From NCBI GenBank assembly GCA_905215445.1, contig CAJMPZ010000003.1, forward strand, positions 387-64,386: 64,000 nt of DNA, in the 5' to 3' direction. Below, piece by piece: positions 46,903 through 56,677 of this stretch (position 1 is its first letter; every line of letters starts with the position of its first letter). The notes under the pieces were generated by a model, which was not told the origin of the DNA, did not search any database, and was given only the letters and a program-made list of their open reading frames with translations. The position numbers were made by a program, and so were the translations under genes. This DNA is from an uncultured bacterium (GTDB lineage Bacteria; Actinomycetota; Coriobacteriia; Coriobacteriales; Coriobacteriaceae).

Positions 46903-49218
46903 GTGAGGAGTCTCAGCATGTTCGCTGCCGCCATCTCGCTCGTCGGTCTTGCGGCGACCGTCTACCTTGTCTTGCGCGAGGCCAAGGCCATTCGCGCTCA
47001 GTCGGGCACCGTTGCCAAAAGCGCTCTTGGATGGAGCGTCGCCTTCGGCCTGTTCCAGCTCTTTTTGACCGTCTGGGGCGCCATTGGCCTCGTCGCCCAA
47101 AACGAGCCGCTCGCCTTTGTGATGCTCATCCTGACCAACGCCATCCTCACCGGCTGCGCTTGGGCCAGCATCGCCCGCGACCGTATCGCCCCGCGCGTCT
47201 TTGCGTTTGCCGCGCCCGATGCCCCCGCCCTCACCGGCAAGCTCGCCCGCCTGCGCGGCGCCTTTGTGGGCAAACCGCTCGTCGCCGCCGTCTTGTGCCT
47301 ACTGCTCGCCGGCGTCTTTGCGCTGCTGGGCATGGAGGTCTCGTCCAACCACGACTTTACCTGGATCTACCCCCTGTGCATTCTGCTCGAATGGGCCATT
47401 ATCACCGTGCTCATGGTCGGCTTGTTCTTCCTATTCCAGCGCCACGGCGCAGCTCCCGCGGTCCTGGCCTTCGCCCTCTTTGTCCTGGGCATTGCCGAGT
47501 TTTTCGTCATCACGTTTAAATCCATGCCCATCCAGCCGGGCGACCTTTCGGCCATCTCCACCGCCGCCGCGGTCGCCGGCAACGGCTACACCTTCTCGAT
47601 CTCGCTGTTCTGCGTGCTGTCCATGGGCTTTACCGCCATCGCCATGCTGCTGTGCGAGTACGCCGGCCTGGTGGCACCGCACCGTCAGAAGGGTGCCGCC
47701 AACGCCAAGCGCATGCTGCTCACCAACCTGCTCGTGGCAGTGCTGTGCCTGGGCGGCGTAACCGCGCATGTCACGCTCATCGACTACTACAACACCCTCG
47801 GCATCACCGTCTACACCTGGCGCCCGCTCGAGAGCTACTGGCGCGAGGGCTACCTGCCCGCTTTCATTAGCGCAGCGCAGTCCATCAAGCCGCCCAAACC
47901 CGCCGACTACTCCGTCGACGATGCCAAGGCCACGCTCAAAAAGTACGCCAAGGCCTACGACAAGTCCGACGCGGCCAAGAGCGACGAGCGCGCCGCCGCA
48001 AAGGAGCAGTTCGACAGCGAGAAGCCCACGGTCATCGCCATCATGAACGAGACCTTCTCGGATCTGTCAATCTACCAGAACATGCGCGCCGGCTACGAGG
48101 GCCCGCAGTACTTTAAGAGCCTGTCCAACTGCCTCAGCCGTGGCAAGCTCTACGTGAGCGCCTACGGCGGCGGTACCGCCAATACCGAGTTTGAGTTTAT
48201 GACCGGCAACTCCATGGCCAACCTGGGCTCGGGCGTGTACCCCTACACCATCTACAACATGGAAACGACCGGGAACCTGGCAGAGCAGTTCAAGTCGCTC
48301 GGATATTCCACCACGGCCATGCACCCCAACCACGCGACCAACTGGAACCGCGAGAACGTCTACAAGGACTTTGGCTTTGACCAGTTCCTGTCCATCAACG
48401 ACTTCCAGGGTGCCGACACCCTGCGCGGCATGGTGACCGACCAGGCGACATACGACAAGATTCTTGAGCTGCTCGACCAGAACGCCGACCCGCAGTTCAT
48501 CTTCGACGTGACCATGCAGAACCACTCGGGCTACGACACGGGCCTGCTGCCGGTCGACAAGCAGATGCACCTGAACATCGACACGACCGACCTGGATGCC
48601 AAGACCGTCGAGGATGGCACGCTGTCCGATGTCGACGAGTATGTCTCGTGCATCGAGCAGTCCGATCAGGCGCTGCGCTACTTCCTCAACGCCCTGAGCA
48701 AGCTCGACCGTAAGGTGGTCGTGGTGTTCTGGGGCGACCATCAGCCGTTCTTCCCGTCCAAGTTCAACGATAAGTGGTTTACCGGCGAGGACGACGCCAC
48801 CCACCAGGAACGCTTGTGGCAGACCGACTACATCATCTGGGCTAACTACGACGTTGCCGGTTGCGACCAGACGAGTGAGGTCGACGACCTGTCCACCAAC
48901 TATCTGTCCACCCAGCTGATGCAGCTGATCGGCGCACCGCTGACCGACTACCAGAAGGCGCATATGACATTGCGCGAGTCGCTGCCCGCCATCAACTCCG
49001 TCGGCTACGAGGACGCCAGCCTGCGCTGGGCGCTCTCCTCCAACGTCACCGGTGATGACGCCGTCGCCGCTGCTGCCACCAAGGCGCGCGAGGATTACGC
49101 CAAGATGCAGTATTACGAAATGTTCCGCGACGGCAAGAACGTGTACACCGAGCACTTCCAGACCGAGGCCAACGAGACCGACCCCAACCTGGCACCGGGT
49201 ACAACCAAGATCAAATAG
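46903..49218 (+). CDS. LTA-synthase/sulfatase-family membrane protein
   Basis: Multi-TM N-terminus; IMNETFSD, GGGTANTEFEFMTG, MHPN...WNR, TMQNHSGY, FWGDHQP. Confidence 0.88.
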   Translation: MRSLSMFAAAISLVGLAATVYLVLREAKAIRAQSGTVAKSALGWSVAFGLFQLFLTVWGAIGLVAQNEPLAFVMLILTNAILTGCAWASIARDRIAPRVFAFAAPDAPALTGKLARLRGAFVGKPLVAAVLCLLLAGVFALLGMEVSSNHDFTWIYPLCILLEWAIITVLMVGLFFLFQRHGAAPAVLAFALFVLGIAEFFVITFKSMPIQPGDLSAISTAAAVAGNGYTFSISLFCVLSMGFTAIAMLLCEYAGLVAPHRQKGAANAKRMLLTNLLVAVLCLGGVTAHVTLIDYYNTLGITVYTWRPLESYWREGYLPAFISAAQSIKPPKPADYSVDDAKATLKKYAKAYDKSDAAKSDERAAAKEQFDSEKPTVIAIMNETFSDLSIYQNMRAGYEGPQYFKSLSNCLSRGKLYVSAYGGGTANTEFEFMTGNSMANLGSGVYPYTIYNMETTGNLAEQFKSLGYSTTAMHPNHATNWNRENVYKDFGFDQFLSINDFQGADTLRGMVTDQATYDKILELLDQNADPQFIFDVTMQNHSGYDTGLLPVDKQMHLNIDTTDLDAKTVEDGTLSDVDEYVSCIEQSDQALRYFLNALSKLDRKVVVVFWGDHQPFFPSKFNDKWFTGEDDATHQERLWQTDYIIWANYDVAGCDQTSEVDDLSTNYLSTQLMQLIGAPLTDYQKAHMTLRESLPAINSVGYEDASLRWALSSNVTGDDAVAAAATKAREDYAKMQYYEMFRDGKNVYTEHFQTEANETDPNLAPGTTKIK

Positions 49219-49237
49219 CGACACGTCTTAACTGGCT

Positions 49238-49368
49238 CGTCTGCCCGGCGGCGCGGAACGTAAGGTTCCCTGCTCGGACAGTCCTGCTCGCACGGAGAGC
49301 ACATTAAGTGCTCTCCGGCTCGTGCGGAACTCGCGATGAACCTTACATTCCGCGTCGCCGGGCAGACG
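49238..49368 (+). repeat. Structured nested-hairpin element, copy A
   Basis: About 31-bp outer stem and inner CAC-ATTAA-GTG hairpin; core shared with the inverted copy at 49778-49900. Confidence 0.8.
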
Positions 49369-49452
49369 CCTCGGTGTTGAAGCGCGGCTTGTCATGAAAG
49401 CATCCGCAACATATATAAGTTGAAGGCCACATTAAGTGGCCTTCTTTATATT

Positions 49453-49782
49453 CGGAAAGTGTGTCCCGGAATCTGCCTTCGGAATGGGACGCAGTTTCCG
49501 CTTGAGGGCCTGTTGGGAAAGCGCATCCCACTTCAAGAGTAAATTCCGGGTCGCACTTTCCGCTAAGGCTCTCAACCGGAAAGTGCATCCCATTCCAAGC
49601 CTTAATTCCGGGACATAGTTTCCGGACAAGACATCAACCGGAAAGTGGGGACCACTCTGAGCGCCGATTCTGGGACACACTTTCCGAAACACCGCCCATC
49701 CGGAAAGCCCGTCCCACTCCGAATACATCCAGGCATAAAATCATCAGCTTATTAGGCCTTCTATCAATAAAGAGACACCCTC
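49453..49782 (+). repeat. 330-bp palindrome array (62-bp period), copy 1
   Basis: 16-bp arms of the type TGGGACGCAGTTTCCG / CGGAAAGTGCATCCCA alternate in orientation with 14- and 16-nt spacers. Confidence 0.88.
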
Positions 49783-49900
49783 CCGAGCGGCGGGCTCGAA
49801 GTTCATCGCGAGTTCCGCACGCAAAGAAGGCCACTTAATGTGGCCTTCGTCTTGCGCAGGACTGTAGAGCAGGGAACTTCGTGCCAGCCGCCCGGGAGGG
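49778..49900 (-). repeat. Structured nested-hairpin element, copy B (inverted relative to A)
   Basis: Reverse complement reads GTTCCCTGCTC..ACAGTCCTGC...CACATTAAGTG...CGTGCGGAACTCGCGATGAAC as in copy A. Confidence 0.8.
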
Positions 49901-49921
49901 CGTTGCGTTTAGAAGATGGAC

Positions 49922-50620
49922 CTAGTACTTATCCCTCCGGGACAAAAGTAGCGCGGCTATAAAAGCGATGCTGGCAAGAGTTAGCAAAACTAAAAGCAAC
50001 GTGAGCGTGTTGTCGCCCGTTGCCGCCAGACCAAGCAAGCCGGGCTTCTTGCTGTCAGCAGACTGCACGGGAATCTTCTCGCCATCGTCCTCGGCGGTAA
50101 TCTCCCAGCGAATGGTCTTGTTTGCGTCGGCAAGCTCGTTGCCCACCGACGTCGGAACGCTTAGCTGCAGATTAAGCACCGTGCTGTCATCGCTCGTAAA
50201 CGTGGCGATTTGCGTGGGATAGGCGAACACGCTGCCCGGTGTTCCTGTCTGGAGCCAACCTGCAGAGGCATCGCCCACAGTCGCCGTTAAGGTGATGGGC
50301 GATAGCAGATGTGCCGTCTCGTGATCGACAACAGCCCGCACAAACACACGTACCTGGGACTTTACACCCGTGGTACGAACCCCAATCTGTTGCTCGCGTA
50401 CATCGCCGGGCATTAGATCTTTAAAGGCTGGAAACAGATCGGGCTCCCCCGAGGAGTCCGTCGCTCCCGATACCGTTAGCTGGCGTGCATTTCCGTCATA
50501 GGCAATCGTGGGAACGTCAGCAAACGCACGTGCAGGAACGGCAAGCGCGATAAGGCAGACGATTGCCGCCATCACGCAGCGCAAGGAACACACAACGTCT
50601 TTACGAATCGGAGAAGCCAT
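49922..50620 (-). CDS. TasA/camelysin-like protein with Sec signal and sortase sorting signal (putative fibre base)
   Basis: ARAFA|D signal; FKDLMPGD and GNE...IRWEITAE motifs; LAATG plus hydrophobic helix plus RRDK tail. Confidence 0.78.
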   Translation of the reverse strand: MASPIRKDVVCSLRCVMAAIVCLIALAVPARAFADVPTIAYDGNARQLTVSGATDSSGEPDLFPAFKDLMPGDVREQQIGVRTTGVKSQVRVFVRAVVDHETAHLLSPITLTATVGDASAGWLQTGTPGSVFAYPTQIATFTSDDSTVLNLQLSVPTSVGNELADANKTIRWEITAEDDGEKIPVQSADSKKPGLLGLAATGDNTLTLLLVLLTLASIAFIAALLLSRRDKY

Positions 50621-50622
50621 AC

Positions 50623-51192
50623 CTACGCACCTCCATGCGGCGGCACCAGCACGCCATCCTTGACTGTACAGCCCCATGCCTCTGCAACTGCATCGTCGGG
50701 CGTGGATTGAATTGCTTGGGTCGAAATGTCAACGACCAGGTTCTTCCCATCTGCCTTCTGCTCAGTCACGCTCTTGATGAGCACATCGGTTTTGCCCATC
50801 GGAGCAACGGGAGACGTCCAGTAGTAGTACCCGTCGGACGCGACAACCCAAGACGAGGCGGTGTTGGAAGCAGATGCCTTGGACACACTGCCCCAGTCAA
50901 TGACGTAGTCGGTGCCGGCAACTGGCTCATCCCACAGGCGTGCGCCATCCTGGTCCTGCCAGTAGATATCCACTGCAGCACGAATATAGGCGGGCGCAGT
51001 ACCCGTGTTCTTCGCCTTGACATCGCTTTTCACTTTGCCGTTGAGCGTTTCCTGAACCGATGGCGTCACCGATCCGATGCCGAACTGGTTGACCAGCACG
51101 CCCGTAACCGAAAGCCAGGCCAACGTGCCTGCCGTACCGGCCAGGAGGATAACCCCCACCAGCAAGGCGATGATGCGCTTGCGCTTGGACAT
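50623..51192 (-). CDS. SipW-signal TasA/BsaA-like fibre subunit
   Basis: MSKRKR-hydrophobic-GTLA|WLSVTGVLVNQFGIGSV; KNTGTAPAYIRA; DGYYYW; TQAIQ. Confidence 0.85.
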   Translation of the reverse strand: MSKRKRIIALLVGVILLAGTAGTLAWLSVTGVLVNQFGIGSVTPSVQETLNGKVKSDVKAKNTGTAPAYIRAAVDIYWQDQDGARLWDEPVAGTDYVIDWGSVSKASASNTASSWVVASDGYYYWTSPVAPMGKTDVLIKSVTEQKADGKNLVVDISTQAIQSTPDDAVAEAWGCTVKDGVLVPPHGGA

Positions 51193-51193
51193 G

Positions 51194-54100
51194 CTAATCC
51201 TCCTTCTTTGCTACGTTGCCGTTGCTCCAAACGTTATGGGCACGATCGCTGCCGTCGATCCATTTGTCGTTCACACGCGTGTTCGTGCAGGTGAACGTGG
51301 CATCGTTCGCGCTCGATGCAGACGAAATCGTCAGCTCGGCAGTTTTACCGGGCGCCTTGCCCGGCGTGCTCAGCTCACCCTGGTAGCGCCATGCCCAAGC
51401 CGTATCTTCCTCGACGGTATAGATGCCAGCCGGAGCGGCGAACTGCACGCTGCCGACATAGCAAGTTTCACCGTTTTCGTCGCGCTGCTCGCTAACTTTC
51501 ACCTCGACCATGCGCGTCTCGGCAGGAGAATCCTGCGACATCTTTCGCGTTACCTTAAAGCGGAACGTTTGCCCCATAGCGCTGGCATCGGTCGTCTTTT
51601 TAACGATCGTCAGCGCATGAGTCTGGGCAAAGTTGAACACGGCTTTGCCGGGGCCCTGATCGCCCTCGCCCGTCTTCTTGGACTCCAGACGGTTGGCCAG
51701 GTCGAACGAGCCGTCACCCGAACCAAGGCTGTAGAGCGAGACAAACTTGCCGTTTACGGGCTCTTCCGCCACAGAAACACCCTCTGTACCAGGCCCGTAG
51801 CTTGCCCGCATTACCGTAACGGTCAGCCGCGTTCCCATAAACGGCTTGGCAAAGCAGACCTTAAACGGCGCCTTGTCGGCACTGTCATCGACGGTGTTGG
51901 CGGCGGCGGGATCGAGCAGCCACTTAAGCTGGGCGGTCATGGTTTCGGACTTCGCGGGATCAGACGTATCTTTGGCAACCACGCGATATGTAACGGGATA
52001 CAGGTCCATGTCGCCCTTAATTGGCTCGTCCTTAAACACATCCCAAGGCTTCGTATCACCATCGGCGCCCACATATCGCCACTCCAAGAAGAGCTCACGC
52101 ATATCGCCATTGGCGGCCGCACGCTCATCGAGCAGCGCGACGATCTTGGAATGGGCGTCCGGGTCGTATGCCACGGACTTTTGCTCCATCATGGGATTCC
52201 CGCTGTTGTCATAGACGGGGCGGCCGTTCTCATCCATTTTGGGAACATCAACCGTATAGACGAAGCCGGACTTGCCGTCCTGCGCACGCTCGTCGCCCGA
52301 GTCGACCGTCGCCGTAAAGAGAACCGACCCGTCGACACCGTGATAGCGCACCTTATGCGGCGCAATCTTGTACACCGCAGTGTACATCGCGCTCTTAAAG
52401 GGCTCATTGCCCTCGAGGGGATACTTGTCGTCACCGGTCATCAGGGTGTACTTGTTATCGGATTCATAGTCACGCGACCAGCAGACAAAGTCGTACTTGG
52501 TGCCATCCTTGCCGACAACCTCAGTTGCAGCTTTTACCTCCAGCGAAATTTGATCACCAGAGTCGGTCCGCGAAAGATAACGCACAGAACCGGGGTCATC
52601 CAGATTGGCATCGATATTCGATTGAACACGCACCGCGCTGGCGCGGTAGACCGGATACAACTCCATGGGGGCCTTGACCACGGTGCTTTTATTCACCATG
52701 GAAACGTCGTCCGACCAAACGACATAACCGTTGCCAGCTACCGGCTTAGTTTCCGTCCAGCCCACGAAGGCATTGTATGCGTTTGTTGCAGCATCGATAT
52801 CGCCGACGTTATACGTTGGCAGCGGGATGCCGTCCTTAAGGCTGCCGAGAGAATCGCCCTGCTGGGCTACCTTACCGTCCACATCCCTGGCATTGAGATG
52901 GTACACAACCGCCAACGGCGAATAGTACGCCACGAATGTATAGGCTCCGCCAGGTTCCACCGGATAAGAGCAAGTACCATGCTCCACATCGTAGGGAAGC
53001 GTCTTGATCTCGCCGTTCGGAAGCTCGATCTCAACCTTCTGCAACTTATACAGCTCACCGCCTGCTTTATAAACCGGCGTCGTAACGTCAGGGGTCACCG
53101 TTGCCGTAGCAGGATTGGTGTCCGCGTTGATAACGGGAGCGATGTTGTAGCTAGGCACATTGACCTTGTCCGTACCCTCAAAACCTGCGCGATGCAGGTT
53201 GGTGGTGTAGCTGACGTCGTACTTTGCGTAGACGGGATAGGCATCCTGCCACTGGGTGACCTTGGACTCGTCGGTCGCCAGATACGGCTCTGCCTTATCC
53301 GGATCACTCGTCACATAGGAGTCGCCGGCGACGTCGTAGATATACTTCCAGACGTCAGAATCCTTCTGAACCTCGGCGGTCGAAATCCAGCCCAGGAACT
53401 TATAGCCCGGCACGGCCATGTCGGCATCGGTCGGGGAAGCTTCGAGGGTCAGGGGGCTCTCATACGATCCCTTCTCACCATCTTCTGGCTTTTCGGCCAC
53501 TTTAACCGACTTATTAACATGCGGGTAGTAATACGTGAACGTCGGATCCGCCCCGTTCACCTTGGTCTGCAGCAAGTTACTCTCATAGCGCCGCGTGGCA
53601 GTCCTCACGACATTATCGCCCTTGTTGTAGAAATTAACGTCCGTGGTAATCATCGCGCGAACGTAGTACTTCTTATCTGTACGCACCATGCTCTCGATGG
53701 GATTCTTCACATATGTCCAATATTCACCATCGCGCTCAAGCGTCCAGAAATTCAGGCGATAGCGATCATTCACCGGTTTGACCGTTACGTTCAGCGAAGC
53801 CGAAGTCCAAGTATCGCTTAGCGTTGCAGCGCCTGGAAAATCGGTATCGGCATAGAGGTTTTTTAGAGTATCGGCTCCCGTATCGTTTTTAACGTTGTGC
53901 GAGTACGCGTTAAGGGGACTCACGACAAGGGTTTCCTTCGTGAAGCGCGTGCCACACGTTTCATAACTATCCTTTATACCGTGGTCAACATGCTCCGGGC
54001 CCCAGTGGACGACGTTTTCACGCACGAAGGTACTACCGACGTTTTCCTCAAAGGGCGTTTGATAGCGATTCCAAACGGAACAAAGTAGCTTGCTGTCCGT

Positions 54101-56674
54101 AAACTCATGGTTGGTATAAGCCCGAACGTAATAATCCACTCGGTACTCAAAGCGGGCGATGTAGGTATGCGGCGCGGTTAAATCGACATCGGCGGGGAGC
54201 GTATAGCTGGGGTCGCGGCTTACGCGCACCTCGAGCGGGGCATCCTCGGTTCCCTTGTTTTCATACCAACCCAGGAAACGATAGCCGTCGGGCAGCTGGC
54301 CCTCCTCGGATATAGCTTTACCGGATACGTCGAGCACCCGTACGGTATACGCGCTTGTGCCATCTTCTGCAGTCTCAACCTTAACGTCAGTTTTGCCCAC
54401 ACCGTCGCGCCGAGTCTGATCGTCGGTTGCATCCTGCTCATTGCCCTCAAACACCGTCATGATGTTCGACACATAGTCGGTGTACACCGGATAAAAATCG
54501 GTAGGGCCAAGCACAGTGATCTCGGTGCCGGCAGGATAGAACGCACCGGCGTTTTTTAACTCGGCAAGCTCAGGCGAGGTGATGGCCGCGTAACCGCCAT
54601 GCATCCCGGCCTCGCCACTCGGCTGCGTCGTCCAACCGATAAAGGTGGCGCTGGCAGAAAGAGTGCCGCGGTCCGCAGGGGCAGCCGGCGTTAAACCGAC
54701 GCCATAGCGGTACCAGTCCGTCGACTTGTCGTGCTCCTCGCCGCTCTGCCACGCGAGCGTCTCGCCCTTGACGTTATAGAACAGTACCTGCGCCTCGTAC
54801 GAAGCAATAAACAGGTCGTTGCCCTTAAAGGCCTCGGCCCCCTTCGCGTTATCGGCGGTATAGCTCGACGTTATCTCGTGCGCTTCGTTCTTCTGGACCT
54901 GCTTGCCAGCCTTAACGGCATCGGCATCGGTCTTGCCGTTAAACCAGGCGTTATCGGCATCGATACGGTTCACATTGACTCCGGGCTCACGGAACCAGCC
55001 CATAAAGCGGTAGCCGCCGTTGGCCTCGGTCAAACCCTCTGGCTTTGCGGAGGTATCCTGCTTAAACGTTACCGATGTATCGCCCTGGGCCAGGCCTTGG
55101 GCCGTTCCCGCCAGCACGGCGCTCACGGCAAAGGCGTACGGATCCGAGGTCGCCTGGTCTTTGCCAAGTTTGGTCTTCTCGATTGTCGCGGTGCCCGCAC
55201 CGGGAAAATCGATCGTCGCCTTAACGCTCTGGCCATGCACAGGAATATTCAGCTTGTAATCCATCGCCCACTCATTGAAGTGCGAGCCACCCAAGGCCCC
55301 GTTGTTAGCAGTCGAGCGCTTGGTGCCGGCACAAAAGTCGTAGTCGTGCTCTTCCCACAGCTCGCGCGTGGTGTAGCGCTCGTCATCCCATGGACCATAG
55401 CCATCACCCTTGGTGGTGTCATCGCCGCCAAACGAGGGGATTTTCTTTTTGGCAGGGTTGCCCTGGCTGTTGCCAGAAAGGCTCACGCTCGGCTTAAAGT
55501 AGCACTCGGTGACCGTGGCATCATCCTTGTTGGCACGCGCGGCAATGCCGCCCAGGTTCACATCGTTTTGAATGATGGGGATCACGGCGATGGGATTGTA
55601 CTGACGCGAGCTCAAGTCACCCGCAAAATGGCTTCGAACGAGCTCGTTGCCCTTTTCGGTTAGAATACGACCCGCCAAGCCACCCGTCCACGCGCGCGTC
55701 ACGGCGACGACGCCCACGTACGACGCGGCATAGCTGTAGCACTGCGCCGTCGAGAAGCAGTCGATAATCTTGGCCTCGCCCGCCATGCAGCCCACAAAAC
55801 CCGAGGCGTACACGTTGTTGCCGCCCAGGGCGCCAATGGCCACGTCGTACTTATTGGTGACGTCGGTCATGCCCTTCTCGGCAATCGAGCCGTCGTCCTT
55901 ACGCGTCGGCGTCACGCGACAGTACTCGATAGTCGAGTTCTTAACGTAGCCGGCAAACGCCGCCATATACAGACCCTCACCGCCGAGCGCCTGCACGCCC
56001 GAGGTCGTATTGTTGACGGCACGGCCGCCACGGACCTCGCAGTTGTAGAGGGTGCAGCCGTCGAGCTCGCCGGCGATGAGACCGCCCTCAAAGCCTGCGT
56101 TGGTAATGAGGTTGAGAGCATTGTTGGCGCAGGTCACGTGCAGCGTGCTCTCCATGACCATAACGTTTTCGAAACGCGTTTTGACGGCCTTGCCCACGAT
56201 AATGCCACCGCGGAAGTCCGCCCACACGTTGGCGTCCTTGACCAGGAAGTTTTTGATGGTGGCGCCGTTGGTCTCGGCAAAAAATCCCGTATCGCGCTCG
56301 GGGTCAAAAGCGTCTTTATCGTAGTTCAGGCCCTCAACGGCGTGGTTTTGACCATCGAACACGCCCTTAAACGGATGCTCCTTGTTGCCAAACGACAGAT
56401 GCTTAACGGTGTCTGCAACGATGGTTTTCATGTCGTCGCTGTCGAGCTCAATGTCGTTATCGAGATAAACGTGCCAGCCGGACGTATCGCGCTCGCGCGA
56501 CAGCGCCACACACGACAAAAAGTCAGCCTCGTTTTTGATGTGGAATTCGATTTTGGCCTCGGGCACATCCTCGGCATGCACCACCGTTGGCAGCGCCATA
56601 ACGCAGCAAAGGGCAATCGCTGCGACGGCAACCAGCCTGCTAAGCATACCCCGGTTCATATTCTTGATCTTCAT
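51194..56674 (-). CDS. 1826-aa secreted adhesin-like protein (GLUG/beta-helix-like head, InlB-B/Flg_new-like repeats, C-terminal Ig-like domain)
   Basis: Sec signal VHA|E; FKGVFDGQNHAVEGL...GATIKNF; recurring GYxFxGW and YPVY motifs; GIYTVEEDTAWAWRY; no LPXTG or C-terminal TM. Confidence 0.82.
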   Translation of the reverse strand: MKIKNMNRGMLSRLVAVAAIALCCVMALPTVVHAEDVPEAKIEFHIKNEADFLSCVALSRERDTSGWHVYLDNDIELDSDDMKTIVADTVKHLSFGNKEHPFKGVFDGQNHAVEGLNYDKDAFDPERDTGFFAETNGATIKNFLVKDANVWADFRGGIIVGKAVKTRFENVMVMESTLHVTCANNALNLITNAGFEGGLIAGELDGCTLYNCEVRGGRAVNNTTSGVQALGGEGLYMAAFAGYVKNSTIEYCRVTPTRKDDGSIAEKGMTDVTNKYDVAIGALGGNNVYASGFVGCMAGEAKIIDCFSTAQCYSYAASYVGVVAVTRAWTGGLAGRILTEKGNELVRSHFAGDLSSRQYNPIAVIPIIQNDVNLGGIAARANKDDATVTECYFKPSVSLSGNSQGNPAKKKIPSFGGDDTTKGDGYGPWDDERYTTRELWEEHDYDFCAGTKRSTANNGALGGSHFNEWAMDYKLNIPVHGQSVKATIDFPGAGTATIEKTKLGKDQATSDPYAFAVSAVLAGTAQGLAQGDTSVTFKQDTSAKPEGLTEANGGYRFMGWFREPGVNVNRIDADNAWFNGKTDADAVKAGKQVQKNEAHEITSSYTADNAKGAEAFKGNDLFIASYEAQVLFYNVKGETLAWQSGEEHDKSTDWYRYGVGLTPAAPADRGTLSASATFIGWTTQPSGEAGMHGGYAAITSPELAELKNAGAFYPAGTEITVLGPTDFYPVYTDYVSNIMTVFEGNEQDATDDQTRRDGVGKTDVKVETAEDGTSAYTVRVLDVSGKAISEEGQLPDGYRFLGWYENKGTEDAPLEVRVSRDPSYTLPADVDLTAPHTYIARFEYRVDYYVRAYTNHEFTDSKLLCSVWNRYQTPFEENVGSTFVRENVVHWGPEHVDHGIKDSYETCGTRFTKETLVVSPLNAYSHNVKNDTGADTLKNLYADTDFPGAATLSDTWTSASLNVTVKPVNDRYRLNFWTLERDGEYWTYVKNPIESMVRTDKKYYVRAMITTDVNFYNKGDNVVRTATRRYESNLLQTKVNGADPTFTYYYPHVNKSVKVAEKPEDGEKGSYESPLTLEASPTDADMAVPGYKFLGWISTAEVQKDSDVWKYIYDVAGDSYVTSDPDKAEPYLATDESKVTQWQDAYPVYAKYDVSYTTNLHRAGFEGTDKVNVPSYNIAPVINADTNPATATVTPDVTTPVYKAGGELYKLQKVEIELPNGEIKTLPYDVEHGTCSYPVEPGGAYTFVAYYSPLAVVYHLNARDVDGKVAQQGDSLGSLKDGIPLPTYNVGDIDAATNAYNAFVGWTETKPVAGNGYVVWSDDVSMVNKSTVVKAPMELYPVYRASAVRVQSNIDANLDDPGSVRYLSRTDSGDQISLEVKAATEVVGKDGTKYDFVCWSRDYESDNKYTLMTGDDKYPLEGNEPFKSAMYTAVYKIAPHKVRYHGVDGSVLFTATVDSGDERAQDGKSGFVYTVDVPKMDENGRPVYDNSGNPMMEQKSVAYDPDAHSKIVALLDERAAANGDMRELFLEWRYVGADGDTKPWDVFKDEPIKGDMDLYPVTYRVVAKDTSDPAKSETMTAQLKWLLDPAAANTVDDSADKAPFKVCFAKPFMGTRLTVTVMRASYGPGTEGVSVAEEPVNGKFVSLYSLGSGDGSFDLANRLESKKTGEGDQGPGKAVFNFAQTHALTIVKKTTDASAMGQTFRFKVTRKMSQDSPAETRMVEVKVSEQRDENGETCYVGSVQFAAPAGIYTVEEDTAWAWRYQGELSTPGKAPGKTAELTISSASSANDATFTCTNTRVNDKWIDGSDRAHNVWSNGNVAKKED

Positions 56675-56677
56675 AGG

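Noticed and set aside
49432..49728. Mutually similar short ORFs over the arrays (also 59073-59429)
   Set aside because: Their similarity comes from the DNA repeat; no RBS or coding-like bias is apparent.
49453..49782. CRISPR array interpretation of the 62-bp periodic repeats (also 59139-59468 and 14312-14433)
   Set aside because: Arms alternate in orientation and are degenerate, the spacers are only 14-16 nt and resemble each other, and no cas genes are present.
51077..53821. Long antisense ORFs (also 215-1531, 8127-9554, 16720-18291, 18092-19831, 43910-45697)
   Set aside because: Shadow frames opposite well-supported genes, expected in high-GC DNA; no recognisable motifs.
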